Position numbers and translations under genes: made by a program
From: a virus
DNA length: 44,656 nt
Direction: 5' to 3' (one strand)
Virus record (IMG/VR): IMGVR_UViG_3300036861_000552
Location: 1-44,656 of that record
Notes under the pieces: model-generated
Seen by the model: only the letters and a program-made list of their open reading frames with translations
Databases searched by the model: none
Told to the model about the DNA's origin: nothing
Shown: one piece after another, positions 15,412 to 23,473 of the stretch
How the letters are laid out: the number at the start of each line of letters is the position of its first letter
How positions within the stretch are numbered: position 1 is the stretch's first letter

Positions 15412-16481
15412 TGATCTGGGATGCCGTTGTCCTCGGAGCCGGATTGTACGGCTGCAAGGTGGCCCTAGAGTTGGCTGCCCTGCGCTTGAAGGTCGTTCTC
15501 CTCGATCCCAATCCCATGTTTGAAGGAGCTACACGGGTGAATCAGCAGAGGATTCACGCTGGATTTCATTATCCTCGGAGCATTACCACTGCCGAAACGG
15601 CTGCCCGGAACTACTTTAGATTCCTGATCGACCACGCCGAAGCAGTGGATGGCAACGACCGCCATCTCTACTGCATTGCGGCGGACTCGAAGGTCGGCCC
15701 GGAGGAGTATGAGCGGGTCCTCGATAGCATTGGTGCTGACTACCGCCGTGTGTACACCCCCTCGTACTTCGCGCCGAACATGATCGCGCAGTGCTACGAG
15801 ACGCATGAGAAGTCCTTCAACATCGACAAGCTCCGCGCGCTGTTGAACCAGCAACTCAAAATCGCCGGCGTCGAGCGCGTGACCGCCCCCGGGTCGATCG
15901 TTGACCTCGACGATGATCACGTGGTCGTGCAGGCGGGTAACAGCCTCTTCGAAGCGCGGTACGTCTTCAACTGCACCTACGCCAAGATCGACACGATCGT
16001 GCCGATCCGCACCAAGCTCGTGAAGGAGCACGTCGAGGTTCCGATCATCCGTATCCCCGGCCCGCATCCCTTCATCCGCGAAGACGTGACGGTCATGGAT
16101 GGGCCGTACTTCTCGGTGATGAGTTACCCGCCTCGCGTGGACTTCTGGGCCTCGGCCCTGACCCATGTGAAGCACGGACGGCACCATGTGTGGTCTCCCC
16201 CCGAGCCTGAGCCTGAGTGGAATCCCGAGGCGTCCAGCAAGGTGAGCCAGATGCTCTTAGACGCGGCCCGGTACATTCCCATGATGGCTCAGGCGAAGCA
16301 CCTGTCGAGCATGTACACGACGCGCGTGTTGCTCGCGGAAAGCAGTGATGACGATGGCCGGCCGGTGCTCGTTGAGTATGCAGAGGAATCCCCACGGATC
16401 ATTAGCGTGCTTGGAAGTAAATTTACTTCTTGCTACGACATCATAGACTTCATCCGTGTGTGGGCGCAGCATGCCATATAA
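15411..16481 (+). CDS. FAD-dependent oxidoreductase (DAO-like)
   Basis: N-terminal dinucleotide fold DAVVLGAGLYGCKVALELA...VVLLD; GATRVNQQRIHAGFHYP; ATG overlaps the lysozyme stop by 1 nt (TGATG). Confidence 0.75.
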   Translation: MIWDAVVLGAGLYGCKVALELAALRLKVVLLDPNPMFEGATRVNQQRIHAGFHYPRSITTAETAARNYFRFLIDHAEAVDGNDRHLYCIAADSKVGPEEYERVLDSIGADYRRVYTPSYFAPNMIAQCYETHEKSFNIDKLRALLNQQLKIAGVERVTAPGSIVDLDDDHVVVQAGNSLFEARYVFNCTYAKIDTIVPIRTKLVKEHVEVPIIRIPGPHPFIREDVTVMDGPYFSVMSYPPRVDFWASALTHVKHGRHHVWSPPEPEPEWNPEASSKVSQMLLDAARYIPMMAQAKHLSSMYTTRVLLAESSDDDGRPVLVEYAEESPRIISVLGSKFTSCYDIIDFIRVWAQHAI

Positions 16482-16881
16482 AGACATATTCCAGCGCCGG
16501 GCATCGGGCCTTCGTTCGTATTATAAACATAGGACGAAACGTCTGGACTACGCTGAACGTAATCGAGAACGTGAGCGAGCGAGGACTCGACAATGGCGCG
16601 CCGCCAATAGGCTATATGGGAACGCCGCACAACGCATGAGAGTATGGGAGAGAATGTTTTGGATAGGAAAAGTAAAAGCCGATCCTTGTGTAGATTGTGG
16701 GAGAAAGTATCCACCCTACGTGATGCATTTCGATCATATACGAGGTAAGAAGAAGTTCAACATTGCCCTCGGATATCAGAGAACGGCTAAAGATGTCAAT
16801 GAAGAGATCGCGAAATGTGAACTTGTCTGTGCGAATTGCCACGCGGAGAGAACATGGAAAAGGCGTCAGGCATCAAAGTAG
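16471..16881 (+). CDS. HNH homing endonuclease (third paralog, longer N-terminus)
   Basis: DPCVDCGRKYPPYVMHFDHIRGKKK...LVCANCHAERT; AT-rich relative to flanks; overlaps both neighbours. Confidence 0.85.
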   Translation: MPYKDIFQRRASGLRSYYKHRTKRLDYAERNRERERARTRQWRAANRLYGNAAQRMRVWERMFWIGKVKADPCVDCGRKYPPYVMHFDHIRGKKKFNIALGYQRTAKDVNEEIAKCELVCANCHAERTWKRRQASK

Positions 16882-17534
16882 TTGGAAGGCGGGCGCTGAT
16901 GGGAAGGGGATTTTTAGGTTCTTCTCTGGATAAAAAGGGGCGCTGGACCGACCGCTATAACAGGTCAAAATGTGACCTTTGGGGGTCGTATGATTTGATC
17001 GTCGTGGCGGCGCCGAGAGCGGACAAGTGGTTCGCGAACCAGCATCCAGACATAGATCGTGCTGCGGTCGAAGAGATCATCACTGCTCTCGCCCGGGCCG
17101 ATTCGAGGCGCGTGGTGCTGCTCTCCTCTATCGATGCTGGTGGGGCGCACCCTTACGGACAGAATCGCGCGCGATTGGAGGAGGGCATGCCGAAGCATGC
17201 GTCCATCATCCGGCTTCCCGCCCTCTTCGGAGATGGGCTCAAGAAGAATAGCCTTTTCGACCTGCTCAACAATCAGCCCGTTGCGAACAATGTCTTCCAC
17301 TGGTACCACGTGGCCCGTCTATGGGAGGACGTGCGAAAGGCGCAGCCCGGGCTCTGGTGCCCGTACTCTGCGCCTCTATCGATGTGGGAAATTGCGGAGC
17401 GACTCGGCCTCACCCATCTGGTCACTAAGGATTGCGATCGGAAACTGGACTACAATGAAAAAGGCCCCTACACCATGTCTAGTGTAGAGGTCCTGGAGGA
17501 CATCGTTCGATGGGCGACATCCGCCTCAGCGTAA
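16854..17534 (+). CDS. Rossmann-fold SDR / RmlD-like sugar reductase-epimerase homolog
   Basis: GRGFLGS dinucleotide motif; DLIVVAAPRA...VVLLSSIDAGG...YGQNRARLE parallels RmlD-type DVIVNAAA...YSTDYVF...YGxTK, with R where the YxxxK lysine is expected; start 16854 or 16899. Confidence 0.55.
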   Translation: MEKASGIKVVGRRALMGRGFLGSSLDKKGRWTDRYNRSKCDLWGSYDLIVVAAPRADKWFANQHPDIDRAAVEEIITALARADSRRVVLLSSIDAGGAHPYGQNRARLEEGMPKHASIIRLPALFGDGLKKNSLFDLLNNQPVANNVFHWYHVARLWEDVRKAQPGLWCPYSAPLSMWEIAERLGLTHLVTKDCDRKLDYNEKGPYTMSSVEVLEDIVRWATSASA

Positions 17535-18376
17535 TCGTTCCAACATGCGGTCGCAGCACGCTAGAGAACACGGTGCAATCCGTGATGAACCAGATGCGTA
17601 TACACGACGAACTCATCATTGTTGGAAGTAGAGTACCTGAACAATTTCCCAGCGACATGGGACAGTTGAAGTGGGGCTACGACAACAGACCCGGTTTGTT
17701 CCAATTCCTTCATCGGGACAACAAGGGATGTCGCGCGGATAACAGCACCATGAGCGGACCTAAGAATCAGACTCATGGTCCACAGGGCACGGAGAGCGGC
17801 GCAGTCGAGCGGGACATGGGAGATGCGGTCGCCACCGGCACCCACCTGCTCCACATCGACGACGACGACATCTTCGTCAAGGATGCGTTCGAGAAGGTGC
17901 GGGCCGCGATCGCCAAGGACCCCAATCGGGTCCTGATATTCCGCATGGAGTACGGAATCAAGAATCAATGGATCAGCCCGTACTCGATTGACATTGACGG
18001 GGTGCCAACGCTCGGCGTCCAGGAGCGCGTGGCGCTGGCAGCATTCGGCGGGATGGAGATGGTGTTCCCGCGCGTGAGCCCGAACCCGAGATGGGAGCAA
18101 GAGGGAGAGATGCGCAACTCGTGCGAGGACTACTTCAACACGAAGCGGTATTTGGAGGCGCTGGGCACTGAGCCCGTGTGGCCTCGCAAGACGATCGGGA
18201 TTGTCCGACCGACCCGAGAGCAGATTCTCTTCCACACGGGTCGGGACACCAATCCCTTGTACGCACCACAGCCGGCATGGAATGGAGTTCAACAGCGACG
18301 AATGAAGTGTGGCGAGAGCCCACTTCGACCGGAAGTGTTGGCTGCGATGGCTCGAAGGAGAGCAGGAAAGAAATAG
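17510..18376 (+). CDS. family-2 (GT-A fold) glycosyltransferase
   Basis: LSVIVPTCGRSTLENTVQSVMNQ N-terminus and HIDDDDIF DxD motif. Confidence 0.85.
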   Translation: MGDIRLSVIVPTCGRSTLENTVQSVMNQMRIHDELIIVGSRVPEQFPSDMGQLKWGYDNRPGLFQFLHRDNKGCRADNSTMSGPKNQTHGPQGTESGAVERDMGDAVATGTHLLHIDDDDIFVKDAFEKVRAAIAKDPNRVLIFRMEYGIKNQWISPYSIDIDGVPTLGVQERVALAAFGGMEMVFPRVSPNPRWEQEGEMRNSCEDYFNTKRYLEALGTEPVWPRKTIGIVRPTREQILFHTGRDTNPLYAPQPAWNGVQQRRMKCGESPLRPEVLAAMARRRAGKK

Positions 18377-18456
18377 GGGGCGTGGGCTGGTTCGATTCCG
18401 GCTGGATGGTGCATGGGGGTTCGAATCCCTCCTTGGTCTGGGGACAGCACGCCCCG
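18377..18456 (+). other. tRNA-like element: 8-bp closing helix enclosing two T-arm-like hairpins; not a canonical tRNA
   Basis: GGGGCGTG (18377-84) pairs with CACGCCCC (18448-55). Inside are GCTGG-TTCGATT-CCGGC (18386-18402) and GGGGG-TTCGAAT-CCCTC (18415-18431), each a 5-bp stem with a 7-nt T-loop-consensus loop. No D arm or anticodon arm can be drawn. Confidence 0.4.
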
Positions 18457-18464
18457 AAAACATA

Positions 18465-18508
18465 AAGGCCCGACCCCAATGTTCAGGGATCGGGCCTTGT
18501 TCATTTTT
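18465..18508. terminator. bidirectional rho-independent terminator at the convergence of the two arms
   Basis: 9-bp perfect stem AAGGCCCGA/TCGGGCCTT plus inner CCC/GGG; followed by GTTCATTTTTAT on + and by TATGTTTTCG on -. Confidence 0.75.
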
Positions 18509-18519
18509 ATTGAACAGCT

Positions 18520-18927
18520 TTACTTCGTGGCGACCTTGTTCAGTTTCTCCACGGTGCGCATACCACCGAGCCCGAGCATGCCAACAAGTAGAGTGGTCAG
18601 CAATTCAGTCTGCATGATAGGGAGATCGACAGGCCGCTTGAGTAGTGCGCTGCCCCACACGACCAGTGGGCCAAGAACAAGTTGGAATGCGAGCGCGCTT
18701 CCACAGACCCAACCAATGAACGGTCGCCAGCCTGAGACGAACAGGTTTGAGGACGCAGCCTCGATCTCGTTGATCTTGTTCTGGCCGGCAATGACCGCGA
18801 GGTCGCCGCTCTGCTCCAACTCTTGCAGCTTGAGTAGAGCTTCGGCCTTCGCCTTCGGGTCGGGGATCAGCTTGTCGATCAGCTTCGTGCCGAGATCGAG
18901 GATCGAACCAATGACAGGGAGAGGCAT
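18520..18927 (-). CDS. 3-TM holin of the gene-transfer-agent type
   Basis: LGTKLIDKLIPDPKAKAE...GQNKINEIEAASSNLFVSGWRPFIGWVCGSALAF matches the GTA_holin_3TM pattern (iN..eA...F.sGWRP.iGW); last gene of the - arm. Confidence 0.8.
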   Translation of the reverse strand: MPLPVIGSILDLGTKLIDKLIPDPKAKAEALLKLQELEQSGDLAVIAGQNKINEIEAASSNLFVSGWRPFIGWVCGSALAFQLVLGPLVVWGSALLKRPVDLPIMQTELLTTLLVGMLGLGGMRTVEKLNKVATK

Positions 18928-18928
18928 G

Positions 18929-19138
18929 TTACTCCTTTGGACGGGTGCCGAAGTGATCTTCGATTCGCTCTATGCCCGCCTTGATGTACTTCACATCTGT
19001 TTCGAGAACTGCGATCTTCACCGCATGTTCGCTGGTCTTCTTGCTGGTAGCTCCAACCCACCCCAGAGTAGCAGTGGCGAAGATGCCGAGTAGGGCCGAC
19101 CAGAGTGTAGGTGTGAGTGGTGACGAAGAGTCTGACAT
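18929..19138 (-). CDS. single-pass membrane protein next to the holin (possible lysis accessory)
   Basis: TM segment LWSALLGIFATATLGWVGA followed by a charged helix; TAATG and TAACATG junctions with its neighbours. Confidence 0.55.
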   Translation of the reverse strand: MSDSSSPLTPTLWSALLGIFATATLGWVGATSKKTSEHAVKIAVLETDVKYIKAGIERIEDHFGTRPKE

Positions 19139-22026
19139 TACTTCTGCTCCTTCGGAGGATAGAGGGCGTTGACGAGAGCAGGAGTGGCGAGAGGGCCAAC
19201 GACAGGCACCATCGGACCAACATGCTGGAGAGCAAACTTCACTGCGCGCTTCGGCTTGCCGTGAATCGCCTCAGCCAAAGCAGTAGAGGCCTCGAGGACA
19301 TCCGACCCGGTGGGTCCAGCAACGAACCCGCCGATCCAGTCCTTCTTCTCAGCAGCCTGCATCGTATCTCCCCAGATCGAGAGGAGCCCGAGAGCCGCGT
19401 AGTTGTCGAATATGCGCTTCTGTTCATTGCGAGGTTTGTTGCGTGCGAGCGCGCGCATGTCATTGATGACCTCACCGCTGATCTGACCGGCGACGAGCAT
19501 CCGCGTCAACGGCATCAGATCACCTTCCAGCGCGGGCTTCACGACATGCTTCTTGAGAGCGATCGACTGCTGGTAGGCGAAGCTCTTGAACTGAGTCAGG
19601 ACCTTACCCGAGGGACTGTTCCAGAATGCAGGAAGAGACAGCGAGTCTCCCCAGAAGTTCCAGTCGGTCGAAACCTTCTGGCCAGCCTTGAGGAACTCAT
19701 CAGGGGTGAGGATGCCGCCTCGTTTGTAGAGCGCGGCTGTGTCCACCCCGAGGTCCACGAGCTTGGCCTCGATCTTCTTCAGTTGCCCCTCGATGTACCC
19801 CCGCTCCAACCCACCTGCCTTGTTGAGTCGCTGAGACAAACGGAAGGCTTCCTCTGCCTGATGAGAGGCAAAGGACCAACCTCGGAGCACGCCGTACTTG
19901 CGTGCGAGTGTGTCGAGTCCAGTGAAGCCGGTTCGCTGAAGTACCTTGGCCACATCGAAGACCCCTTCCTTACCGCCCGAATACATCGACTCTTCAGCCG
20001 CGCGCACGAGAGACTGAGTGAACGCGCCGGTACGGAGTAAGTTGTCCTGAAGTGCCGGGTCCTTCGACATCAGCCGGAAGAAGTCCTTCGCGGCCCCCCT
20101 GAATCCAGTCTGGAAGTTCGGCGTGACCAACTGCGCCGTCTGCGCGATCTGCGCGAGCCCGAGCTTGGTCACTGCTTGGAATTGCTGGAGGCTGGTGATC
20201 GTGAGCTTGATCCGCCCGCTGGCCTCCTTGTATCCTGAGCCAAGCTGTCGGGTGATGATGGCCTCAAGACGATTCTTCGTGTCCTGATCCGTGATGTTCC
20301 CAAGCTCGGCATACGCCTGTGGGAATAGGTCCTTGGGAGTACGGCCCGTGATGGCAGCATCCTTCTCAGGACCGAACTCGATCGCTTGGGTAATGTTCCG
20401 TGCCATGCGTTCGAGATAGGACGGCAACACATCGGCAGGGTTCAGATGGTATCCAGGCAGGTTGTAGTGCCGGCCCCATACCTGCACGGTGCCCGAAAAC
20501 TTCTTCCCGAACTTCCGCACAGCCTCCTCATACTCTCCAGAAGCACGAAGATGGATACGCTCCAAGACATCCTGCGCATGTGAATCCAGGGTCTCACCAG
20601 CAACGCTGGGTTTCCATCCCTCCTTCGTGAGGGTCTTCTTGATCGAATCGAGAGCCTCAGTGCGGAGCTTGCCATCCTCCATGAACCGTTCCGTGTTCAC
20701 CAGGATGTGTGGCATGCCGAAGTCTTTGCGACGAACGAAGTGGTAGAGGTTGCCACTCTCGGAATCACCAACCACGAGTTGAGCCTGCTCGGCCAGTGAA
20801 CCGACCCGAGTGAGTACGCTCGAAACCTCGCTCACCGCGCGCTGCACGCCCGCAGAATCTTGAGCGCGCGCGAGCAGATCAGGGGTGATTTCGTCTTCAT
20901 GGAGCAGGGTCCCGACGAGGTTCTGGTCCTCCTTCGAGAGCCCACGCATGGCAGCCGCCACGCGGGTGTTCCACTTCGCACCAAGGATATGCCGCTGACC
21001 TCGAAGTGCTACCAGTCGATCGGCGGTTTCGCCGAGCCCGTACTTGCGAAGCAATCCCTCGCCTGAGATGAACACGGCGTCGTTGGCCTGCTTCACCATA
21101 TCGGTGACGGCATTGTAGAGTTTGACGTGCGCGAGCGCCTTGTCGAGGGCCTCCGCCGCCGGACCGACTGTAGCTTTCGCAGCAGCGACACCACCCTTGA
21201 CCACGGCTCCCGCAGTCTTGCCGGCGAGTTTACCTGCTCCTGGAAGGACAGCGCCGAGGGCCACATCTTGCGCGAGCTTCTGCGCGGTGACCTTCTCCTC
21301 GTTGGCGATGGTGTTCGAGACATCGTAGGCTACAAGCGAGGCAATGCTGTGGGCCTCGATCGCGGCAATCTTACGCACGAGTTCATTAGGAATGAATCTG
21401 ACAGCATCACTGACACCGAGTTTGAGTAGACCACCAGCCTGCATGCTGGCGATGTCACCGAGCCCGCGATTCAGTTGGTGCTTCTCTTCCTTCGTCAATG
21501 TGGTGACAGACTTGAGGGTCTCTTCTGCTTGCTGCACGATGGGATCATTCGGTCGAGCAGCCTTGTAGGCAGCGAGACTCAACGCAAGTGACTTCTCCTC
21601 TTCAGGAGAAACCGGCATGCCGGCCTTCGCACGGAACTCCGCAGCCCATGAACGAGCAGCATTCACAGGTCCTTGAGCCCGTACCATGAAAGCAAACGTG
21701 CCAAGGTCCCGTCCAACCGCCTTGAGAGCAGTCGGGGGAGCCTTGGCAACATCAGAGATGAATTGACCAATGCCTTCCCCAAGCTGGGTGATGAGGTTCT
21801 TCTCCATCTTAGCTTCTTTCACAAGGCCCATAGGATCATTCTTGTTGAAAGTAGTAGTTGAGGGTGCTGGAGAAGTCCCTAAACCCAAAGGATCATTAGG
21901 ATCAAACCTATGAATTTCTTCAGGAAGAGGAGCATCCTGAGCCGCAACTAGGCCCTTTGTTACTGGAGCACCCAATCCAAAAGGATCATGGGGATTGAAG
22001 ACTGGAGGATTACTTGTGGGCATCAA
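19138..22026 (-). CDS. large internal virion / ejection protein (T7 gp16-position analog)
   Basis: 962-aa ORF at the distal end of the structural arm after two smaller candidates; N-terminal triple NDPxGLG repeat; product assignment is by size and position only. Confidence 0.6.
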   Translation of the reverse strand: MMPTSNPPVFNPHDPFGLGAPVTKGLVAAQDAPLPEEIHRFDPNDPLGLGTSPAPSTTTFNKNDPMGLVKEAKMEKNLITQLGEGIGQFISDVAKAPPTALKAVGRDLGTFAFMVRAQGPVNAARSWAAEFRAKAGMPVSPEEEKSLALSLAAYKAARPNDPIVQQAEETLKSVTTLTKEEKHQLNRGLGDIASMQAGGLLKLGVSDAVRFIPNELVRKIAAIEAHSIASLVAYDVSNTIANEEKVTAQKLAQDVALGAVLPGAGKLAGKTAGAVVKGGVAAAKATVGPAAEALDKALAHVKLYNAVTDMVKQANDAVFISGEGLLRKYGLGETADRLVALRGQRHILGAKWNTRVAAAMRGLSKEDQNLVGTLLHEDEITPDLLARAQDSAGVQRAVSEVSSVLTRVGSLAEQAQLVVGDSESGNLYHFVRRKDFGMPHILVNTERFMEDGKLRTEALDSIKKTLTKEGWKPSVAGETLDSHAQDVLERIHLRASGEYEEAVRKFGKKFSGTVQVWGRHYNLPGYHLNPADVLPSYLERMARNITQAIEFGPEKDAAITGRTPKDLFPQAYAELGNITDQDTKNRLEAIITRQLGSGYKEASGRIKLTITSLQQFQAVTKLGLAQIAQTAQLVTPNFQTGFRGAAKDFFRLMSKDPALQDNLLRTGAFTQSLVRAAEESMYSGGKEGVFDVAKVLQRTGFTGLDTLARKYGVLRGWSFASHQAEEAFRLSQRLNKAGGLERGYIEGQLKKIEAKLVDLGVDTAALYKRGGILTPDEFLKAGQKVSTDWNFWGDSLSLPAFWNSPSGKVLTQFKSFAYQQSIALKKHVVKPALEGDLMPLTRMLVAGQISGEVINDMRALARNKPRNEQKRIFDNYAALGLLSIWGDTMQAAEKKDWIGGFVAGPTGSDVLEASTALAEAIHGKPKRAVKFALQHVGPMVPVVGPLATPALVNALYPPKEQK

Positions 22027-22945
22027 TCCACTCCTGTGCTCCCTTAGGGTTGTCCTTGAATACTGCGGTTAGGATGCGGCCAAGTTCCAGGTATTCCTTT
22101 TTGCCTGGAGCCAAAAGCCCGGCATTCTTAGCTGTTTCAAAGAAGGTTTCCAGTGCAGCATGCTGAAGTCGTACACCACCTGCTGACTTTGCAGCAGCAG
22201 CCGAACGAGAAAGGATGGCCTGCACCCCAGATTCCGTAAGGTCAATAGTCTCAGGAGTGCTCTTATCGAGTCCAATCCATTCAAGAGCGCCACCCCTGTG
22301 TGCTGGAGTCTTTGCCGTGTTGCCCGGTTTCCTGGCGACATTGGAGATGTCCTCCTGGAACTTGAGGATGAGTTTGTCCTCTTTGTCCTGGGCCAGAGCA
22401 TCAGTCTCAGCCTTGGTCGGCTTCTTCGCAGCAGCAATCTCTTCGAGTTTGTTCTGGTGTTCAATGCCGATCTTCTTGAGATCAAATGCTTCCTGAGCCT
22501 TGCGTGCCTTGTCCGCGAGAGCAGAGTTGGCTTTGACCTGAGCCTCATACTTGTCGAGGTCTCCCTGATCCTCCAGAGCCTTCGCCTTCATGTCCCCGAT
22601 CTTGAGCAGAACGCCGAACCTCTGCATCTGCTTCTCGTGGTTGAAAGCCTCGGAACGAGCGAAGTTCGCCTGCTCTACCCGTTGCTTGTCCTCCCTCTGT
22701 TGCGCGAGCGTAGCCTGATTCGCGGCCATCGACCCGCGTGCGCCCAACTGTTCGGCAAGCGTGGAAGCGAATACGCTGGCCATCTGGCCGAACGGATTCG
22801 CAACCTGGGGCACCGGCTGTGCAGCCGGAGGCGTCAGCGTATCCACCTGAGAGAGTGCATCATGGAAAATCTCAGCCATGCTCTGAGCGCGGCCCTGGTT
22901 CTTGGCTTGCAGTTCCGCGAAAATCTGTTCGAGTTGAGGGTCCAT
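22010..22945 (-). CDS. internal virion protein candidate (coiled-coil, Lys/Glu/Ala-rich)
   Basis: 311-aa ORF; long charged helical region KALEDQGDLDKYEAQVKANSALADKARKAQEAF; position-based call. Confidence 0.55.
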   Translation of the reverse strand: MDPQLEQIFAELQAKNQGRAQSMAEIFHDALSQVDTLTPPAAQPVPQVANPFGQMASVFASTLAEQLGARGSMAANQATLAQQREDKQRVEQANFARSEAFNHEKQMQRFGVLLKIGDMKAKALEDQGDLDKYEAQVKANSALADKARKAQEAFDLKKIGIEHQNKLEEIAAAKKPTKAETDALAQDKEDKLILKFQEDISNVARKPGNTAKTPAHRGGALEWIGLDKSTPETIDLTESGVQAILSRSAAAAKSAGGVRLQHAALETFFETAKNAGLLAPGKKEYLELGRILTAVFKDNPKGAQEWIDAHK

Positions 22946-22954
22946 GTTCTCTCC

Positions 22955-23464
22955 TTACGCCTTCGCCGGGCTGAACCAGTTGGCGAATCCAGTAGCTCCT
23001 GCGTTGAGTGCCGAGGCTCCCACCATGCGGCTCCACGTAGGGTCTTCCTGACGGCCAAGCTGGGACTGACCCCAGATGCTCATCCTCTGGCTAGAGTTCG
23101 CGAGCGCAGCCTTGAGGGCTTCCTCGAAGAGACCTGCCTTCATGGGAAGCTGGAGGGCGGTACCATATCCACGAGCCGCAGCATTGGCGAAGGCACCGAT
23201 GGGCGAGCCACCTGTCCCAGCAGCGGCGACGTTCGATCGAATCTGATTTCCAAGGCTGGTGCCTCGGAGACTGGCCGAACGCATGATCTCCGCGAAGACC
23301 GGAGAGTTCAGGAGGCTGCGGTAGAACTCTTGAGCATCACCCGCCACTGCCCCCGGGCCGAACAACTGCTTCAGCATCTCAGGATCGATGGTAGGACGTT
23401 CGCTCTTACCGAGCAGGGAGCCGGCAGCAGTGAGGCCAGCGGCAATGACAGGAGCCCAGATCAT
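22955..23464 (-). CDS. internal virion protein candidate with N-terminal TM helix
   Basis: MIWAPVIAAGLTAAGSLLG hydrophobic start; Gly/Ala-rich; position-based call. Confidence 0.5.
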   Translation of the reverse strand: MIWAPVIAAGLTAAGSLLGKSERPTIDPEMLKQLFGPGAVAGDAQEFYRSLLNSPVFAEIMRSASLRGTSLGNQIRSNVAAAGTGGSPIGAFANAAARGYGTALQLPMKAGLFEEALKAALANSSQRMSIWGQSQLGRQEDPTWSRMVGASALNAGATGFANWFSPAKA

Positions 23465-23473
23465 GTTTCCTCC

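Noticed and set aside
15411-16481. The FAD enzyme as UDP-galactopyranose mutase (a common partner of GT-A transferases)
   Set aside because: Beyond the N-terminal dinucleotide fold, the sequence follows the DAO-type pattern (GATRVNQQRIHAGFHYP) rather than the mutase pattern recalled from E. coli Glf. The call is left as a generic FAD oxidoreductase.
18360-18456. The tRNA-like element as a functional attP of a temperate phage
   Set aside because: No tyrosine or serine integrase, excisionase or CI-type repressor could be recognised in any frame. At most it is a relic, so the element is kept as a finding but the lysogeny interpretation is set aside.
17561-18463. 300-aa minus-strand ORF, and similar long antisense ORFs (3426..4271, 12768..13385, 15465..16187, 19117..20040, 22298..23524, 33728..34600, 36622..37749)
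   Set aside because: All lie antisense to ORFs with clear family motifs. Their translations are Arg/His/Leu-rich with no motifs, as expected for shadow ORFs in GC-rich coding DNA.
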